DNA of 10,112 bases. Origin: a virus. Taxonomy: Duplodnaviria > Heunggongvirae > Uroviricota > Caudoviricetes. The notes under the pieces were generated by a model that did no database searches, was not told the DNA's origin, and saw only the letters and a program-made list of their open reading frames with translations. The translations under genes were made by a program, and so were the position numbers. This document shows, piece after piece, positions 7,151-10,112 of the stretch (position 1 is its first letter; every line of letters starts with the position of its first letter). The stretch spans positions 128,095 to 138,206 of IMG/VR virus record IMGVR_UViG_3300006201_000003; one strand, 5' to 3'.

Positions 7151-7767
7151 TTGAAAACTTAATCTTTGAATCATGCTTATTACTAACTCGGTGAACAAAG
7201 TGTGTCAGCACTCCGAGGTATATGGTAATTTCGGTAGGAACTGCGAGGGATACCTTGCAGGGAGGATCGTCGTCATGCAGCGATGTAGGGCGAGGAGGCG
7301 GAAACCGCCAAGAAAAACATATTTCGCTAAGAGTTATCGCTTTGTAACGCACAGAACTTTCGGGCGCAGCAATAGACGCTCCATGTGGAGAATAAGCCTT
7401 GCAGTATATCGGGGTGGTAGCCGATTATACGGAGGTAAAACCAATAATGTGCTTCTGTCTTGATGCCGAAGAAATTCGGCTATAACGAAAGTATCTGGTT
7501 AAAGTAGCCGTAGGACAGGTTGAAAACATCTTTTCATTTTGAAAGTATGTAGACTATACAGGTCAATAATGAAATTTTCTGAATGAACGGTGAAATTTGC
7601 GGGTAGACAATCCCGTGCAGGATATGGCGCTGATGCGCTGGGGCAAGAAGTTAGGGGTCGCTCCCCGAAGCTCAGACTTGTCTCCCTGGTGGCGGAACAA
7701 CAAGGAAGATAATGGAGGTAGGGTGAAGACCCAGTAATGAGTGTGATTGAGAGATTAAGTTCTTCAA
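7151..7767 (+). ncRNA. Large structured ncRNA, probably ROOL-class (core ~7169-7748, ~580 nt)
   Basis: 5' and 3' ends pair over ~34 bp; many internal hairpins (7241-7260, 7297-7309, 7465-7480 with GAAA loop, 7654-7666, 7721-7732); lies between two tRNAs in a phage; no credible CDS. ROOL assignment rests on size and context only. Confidence 0.6.
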
Positions 7768-7791
7768 AGTAGCGAATAAAATCGCTGATAC

Positions 7792-7867
7792 GGGGCCGTA
7801 GCTCAGTTGGGAGAGCGCCTGCCTTGCAAGCAGGAGGTCGGGAGTTCAATCCTCCCTGGTTCCACCA
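7792..7867 (+). tRNA. tRNA-Ala(UGC)
   Basis: Cloverleaf; G3:U70; CCTGC-CTTGCAA-GCAGG; encoded CCA. Confidence 0.95.
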
Positions 7868-7894
7868 CGCATAGGTACTTTGACAATTTCATAT

Positions 7895-8321
7895 GGGGCC
7901 GTAAAGGATTCGACGGGGTTTTGAGAGTACAGGACTCGCAGGTAGAAGACCGCCTAAAGGCTTAAACAAAAATGAAACGACAACACTGAAACTGTCATTA
8001 TGATCCATCCCGCTTTTGCCGCTTTCATGGCTGAGAGGATTGCCGCCTGATTGGTGGAGGACTTTCCAAAACGACGTACCAGCTGGATATAGGTAAACGT
8101 CTGAGGTAAAAGATTTATCCAGCACTTGCAGTTTTTCCTTGTACTTCTGTTAAATAAAGACAAGGTGGTGGAGGTGTGCAAACCATTGTACGCCCTGGGA
8201 TAGATTTGACGGTATCGCAAGCGCCCGCTGTAATGCAACGCTGAAAAATCGTCTATTGCGTAAGAATGTCTTGTTCATGTAGGAATTTCGGACGCGGGTT
8301 CGATTCCCGCCGGCTCCACCA
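7895..8321 (+). ncRNA. ssrA: tmRNA (427 nt); predicted tag (A)DNTETVIMIHPAFAAFMAERIAA at 7979-8050
   Basis: 5' GGGGCCGTAAAGGATTCGAC and 3' GGACGCGGGTTCGATTCCCGCCGGCTCCACCA tRNA-like domain with G3:U pair, no anticodon arm; internal frame ending ...IAA-stop. Confidence 0.93.
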
Positions 8322-8474
8322 GCTGCCAGGTCGCTCCTGGCTGATGTGAGAGTAGCGCAACGCCTCACAAAGAATGATAAAGGCCGCTGAAAACTGCTGG
8401 AGGATAGTGAAGCATCAAATGATGCGTAACTGGCTGATGATAGTGTGACAATCTAAGCGACAAGCGCACAAAAT

Positions 8475-8550
8475 CTGGGTGTAGCTCAGTTGGCAGAGCG
8501 CGTGATTTGGGATCACGAGGCCGTGAGTTCGAGCCTCACCACTCAGACCA
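8475..8550 (+). tRNA. tRNA-Pro(UGG)
   Basis: CTGGGTG/CACTCAG acceptor; CGTGA-TTTGGGA-TCACG; encoded CCA. Confidence 0.95.
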
Positions 8551-8554
8551 TTTT

Positions 8555-8612
8555 GGGACACTGACAGCAATCTTAACAAAACTTTTTGGGGTAAAAAAAG
8601 AAAATGTGTTCC
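8555..8612 (+). ncRNA. ACAGCAA tRNA-like element, copy 1
   Basis: 7-bp stem GGGACAC/GTGTTCC, then TG-ACAGCAA; central hairpin 8582-8600; AAAAT before the 3' arm. Confidence 0.55.
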
Positions 8613-8615
8613 GTT

Positions 8616-8713
8616 GAGACGCTAACAGCAATTTCAAGAAATTCTATCAAATTCTACAATTTTTTAGTCTTACACAGACACCTCCAATTTTCATTTTTTC
8701 ATTGATGCGTCTC
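8616..8713 (+). ncRNA. ACAGCAA tRNA-like element, copy 2
   Basis: 7-bp stem GAGACGC/GCGTCTC (compensatory changes relative to copy 1), then TA-ACAGCAA; 84-nt AT-rich interior. Confidence 0.55.
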
Positions 8714-8729
8714 GTGAAAATCATAATAT

Positions 8730-8805
8730 TGGCTCATAGCTCAGATGGCAGAGCGCTTGACTGTTAATCAAGATGTCGCAGGTTCGATCCCTGCTGGGCC
8801 AGCCA
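8730..8805 (+). tRNA. tRNA-Asn(GUU)
   Basis: TGGCTCA/TGGGCCA acceptor, G73; CTTGA-CTGTTAA-TCAAG; encoded CCA. Confidence 0.95.
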
Positions 8806-8880
8806 GAATCTCAAAACATGACGGGGAGTTTACAGAAATAGGTGTCTACACCAGTTTCGTTTTTAGAACCGTCTATATAT

Positions 8881-8956
8881 AGCGGGGTAGAGAAGTGGTC
8901 ATCTCGCCATCCTCATAAGTTGGAAAGCGTGGGTTCGAGTCCCACCCCCGCCACCA
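8881..8956 (+). tRNA. tRNA-Met(CAU), initiator-like acceptor and D arm
   Basis: Loop CTCATAA; A1xC72 mismatch, G2-C71, C3-G70, A11-U24; lacks the three G-C anticodon-stem pairs; encoded CCA. Confidence 0.88.
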
Positions 8957-9111
8957 GGCCCGTCCTACGAACAGAGAGGAGACTGCAAACTTAATGGGAA
9001 ATGGAAATGTTCACGTTTGGCCGTGAAAACTTTAAGCAGGTTTCAAGTGAAACCGCCGCGCCACAACAGCGGAGAGTTGGCAGCATAACCAGCGCTGCGA
9101 GCTGGTTATCT

Positions 9112-9187
9112 GTGGGAATAGCTCAACTGGTAGAGCGCCGTCCTTCCAAGTCGGATGTTGCGGGTTCAATTCCCGTTTCCCACTCCA
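9112..9187 (+). tRNA. tRNA-Gly(UCC)
   Basis: GTGGGAA/TTCCCAC acceptor, U73; loop CTTCCAA; encoded CCA. Confidence 0.93.
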
Positions 9188-9190
9188 CAA

Positions 9191-9254
9191 GGGGCACTAA
9201 CAGCAACTTCACACATGGAATCAACTTTTAATTGATAGCTTAAAAATGTGTTCC
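9191..9254 (+). ncRNA. ACAGCAA tRNA-like element, copy 3, with a tRNA-Lys(UUU)-type anticodon arm and no T arm
   Basis: 7-bp stem GGGGCAC/GTGTTCC, TA-ACAGCAA, ATCAA-CTTTTAA-TTGAT at 9220-9236, then an 11-nt linker. Confidence 0.6.
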
Positions 9255-9263
9255 GTAATTTAT

Positions 9264-9350
9264 GCTGGTGTGGTGGAATTGGCAGACGCGGTGGACTCAA
9301 AATCCGCTACTGGCAACAGTGTGTGGGTTCAAATCCCACCACCAGCACCA
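9264..9350 (+). tRNA. tRNA-Leu(CAA)
   Basis: 87 nt with long variable arm (ACTG-GCAA-CAGT); loop CTCAAAA; encoded CCA. Confidence 0.95.
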
Positions 9351-9443
9351 GGAGGGCCGGTTATGGCGCATATACCGGATAGTCAAAGCGGGGTTCCCAG
9401 AGATGGTTGCAAACTTCAAAGGTAAACACCCGCCCCTCTGCCA
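9351..9443 (+). ncRNA. Putative 93-nt GCCA-ended non-cloverleaf RNA
   Basis: GGAGGG/CCCTCT stem followed by GCCA, stacked on GCGGG/CCCGC; hairpin 9357-9378; abuts the tRNA-Leu CCA. Confidence 0.45.
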
Positions 9444-9450
9444 AACAAAT

Positions 9451-9525
9451 GATGCCGTAGCCAAGATGGTAAGGCTCTGGGCTGCAACCCCAGGATCATA
9501 GGTTCAAATCCTATCGGCATCTCCA
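9451..9525 (+). tRNA. tRNA-Cys(GCA)
   Basis: GATGCCG/CGGCATC acceptor, U73; CTGGG-CTGCAAC-CCCAG; encoded CCA. Confidence 0.95.
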
Positions 9526-9528
9526 TAT

Positions 9529-9605
9529 GCGCCAATAGCTCAGTTGGATAGAGCAAGAGATTTCTAATCTCTGTGCCGTGGGTTCGAGTCCTACTTGGCG
9601 TGCCA
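9529..9605 (+). tRNA. tRNA-Arg(UCU)
   Basis: GCGCCAA/TTGGCGT acceptor; A20; AGAGA-TTTCTAA-TCTCT; encoded CCA. Confidence 0.95.
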
Positions 9606-9614
9606 ACTTAATAT

Positions 9615-9689
9615 AGGGGTGTAGCCAAGTGGTTACGGCACGGGACTTTGACTCCCGCATCACTGGTTCGAGTCCAGTCACCCCTGCCA
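9615..9689 (+). tRNA. tRNA-Gln(UUG)
   Basis: AGGGGTG/CACCCCT acceptor, G73; CGGGA-CTTTGAC-TCCCG; encoded CCA. Confidence 0.95.
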
Positions 9690-9694
9690 AATAT

Positions 9695-9771
9695 GCTCCC
9701 ATCTTCTAATTGGCATAGGAAGCCGGCCTCTCAAGCCAGCAATGCGAGTTCGAGCCTCGCTGGGAGTACCA
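9695..9771 (+). tRNA. tRNA-Glu(CUC)
   Basis: GCTCCCA/TGGGAGT acceptor; loop CTCTCAA; one C-A mismatch in the anticodon stem; encoded CCA. Confidence 0.9.
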
Positions 9772-9793
9772 ATGAAAAGAGGTGCTGTTTACG

Positions 9794-10030
9794 GTGCGGA
9801 AATCTGCTGTGGTTAAAGACGTATCTGAAAAGATTGTAAAGAAAATTCCGTCTTCTGAAAATGGGCCGGGCGTGTCCTGCACAACTAAGAATGGGCAGAA
9901 CTATCAGATCAGTCAGAATTTGGAGAAAATGAAATTTACTCTTTGGAAGGTCACAGAGAATGGCTTTATCAAGATTGCAACAGCAAATTCTCCACTTGAC
10001 CTTGATGATTTGATTCCGTGGAATGAATAG
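9794..10030 (+). CDS. Hypothetical protein (~78 aa) embedded in the tRNA array
   Basis: Fills the gap between two Glu tRNAs almost exactly; SD AGAGGTG (9778-9784) precedes in-frame GTG 9794 (GTG 9782 alternative). Confidence 0.65.
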   Translation: MRKSAVVKDVSEKIVKKIPSSENGPGVSCTTKNGQNYQISQNLEKMKFTLWKVTENGFIKIATANSPLDLDDLIPWNE

Positions 10031-10035
10031 AATAT

Positions 10036-10112
10036 GGTGCCGTGGACGAATTGGTAGAGTCACCGCCCTTTCAAGGCGGAATTTGAGAGTTCAAACCTCT
10101 CCGGCATCACCA
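10036..10112 (+). tRNA. tRNA-Glu(UUC)
   Basis: GGTGCCG/CGGCATC acceptor; CCGCC-CTTTCAA-GGCGG; encoded CCA at the window end. Confidence 0.93.

Noticed and set aside
7173-7463. 96-aa + strand ORF within the large ncRNA
   Set aside because: No SD, the start is buried in the closing stem, and the composition looks non-coding.
7431-7485. GGAGGT followed by a 12-codon ORF (MCFCLDAEEIRL) inside the large RNA
   Set aside because: Spacing is 10 nt and the ORF runs through a GAAA-capped hairpin; chance is likely. Ribo-seq would be needed to revive it.
7151-7767. RNase P RNA, SRP RNA, rRNA fragment or self-splicing intron as the identity of the large RNA
   Set aside because: No GAGGAAAGTCC P4 signature, no SRP GGAA/AGCAG domain IV, no recognisable rRNA sequence, no group I/II core, and the flanking tRNAs are intact.
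7880-7908. TTGACA upstream of tmRNA as an internal promoter
   Set aside because: No -10 hexamer at 16-18 bp, and a start there would fall inside the tmRNA.
8434-8460. CTGATGA as a hammerhead ribozyme core or box C motif
   Set aside because: No stem II followed by GAAA and no stem I/III arrangement found; no regular box C/D repeat array or Nop-domain gene in the window.
8555-9254. ACAGCAA elements as a CRISPR array
   Set aside because: The repeats are short, split, irregularly spaced and interleaved with tRNAs; no cas genes are in the window.
9351-9443. tRNA-Sec (GGA start, CTTCAAA at 9414-9420, GCCA end, ~93 nt)
   Set aside because: CTTCAAA has no flanking stem and lies only 19 nt from the acceptor 3' strand, leaving no room for variable and T arms.
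7107-10063. Tracked ORFs overlapping RNA genes (7107-7352, 7499-7849, 7889-8125, 7954-8238, 8150-8368, 9001-9231, 9262-9501, 9511-9702, 9648-9839, 9731-10063)
   Set aside because: They overlap tRNA, tmRNA or structured RNA; several contain typical antisense-tRNA translations (TGVEPATY, GGNRTRV, VGLEPT).
7069-10112. Stop-codon recoding, suppressor tRNAs, or tRNA-adjacent HDV-like (theta) ribozymes
   Set aside because: No CUA, UUA or valid UCA anticodon tRNA; TAG, TAA and TGA all end genes here. I could not fit the nested double-pseudoknot HDV topology after any CCA by eye; a motif search would settle it.

Overview
Segment of a large SPbeta-like (Firmicutes/Clostridia-type) phage or prophage; everything supported lies on the + strand. 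Bases 1-6992 hold a tightly coupled gene module resembling SPbeta yonV...yonO-yonK-yonJ plus HU: a 5'-truncated YonV-like SF2 helicase, three small hypothetical proteins, a ~940-aa YonO-like single-chain RNA polymerase (eukaryotic RdRP-like; catalytic motif DFDSD), a hypothetical protein, YonK, a YonJ-like metallophosphoesterase and an HU-like protein. From ~7048 a consensus sigma-A promoter, bracketed by a perfect 17-bp inverted repeat, precedes a dense non-coding array: 12 CCA-encoding tRNAs, a tmRNA with a 23-codon tag, and a ~600-nt structured RNA (ROOL-like) closed by a ~34-bp rRNA-type stalk. The array also contains unexplained RNAs: three '7-bp stem + ACAGCAA' tRNA-like elements (one with a perfect tRNA-Lys(UUU) anticodon arm but no T arm), a 93-nt GCCA-ended non-cloverleaf RNA, and two ~150-nt structured spacers. 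A GACGAAYAAAATCAA motif recurs just upstream of gene starts. Family names come from motif recall, not from database searches.
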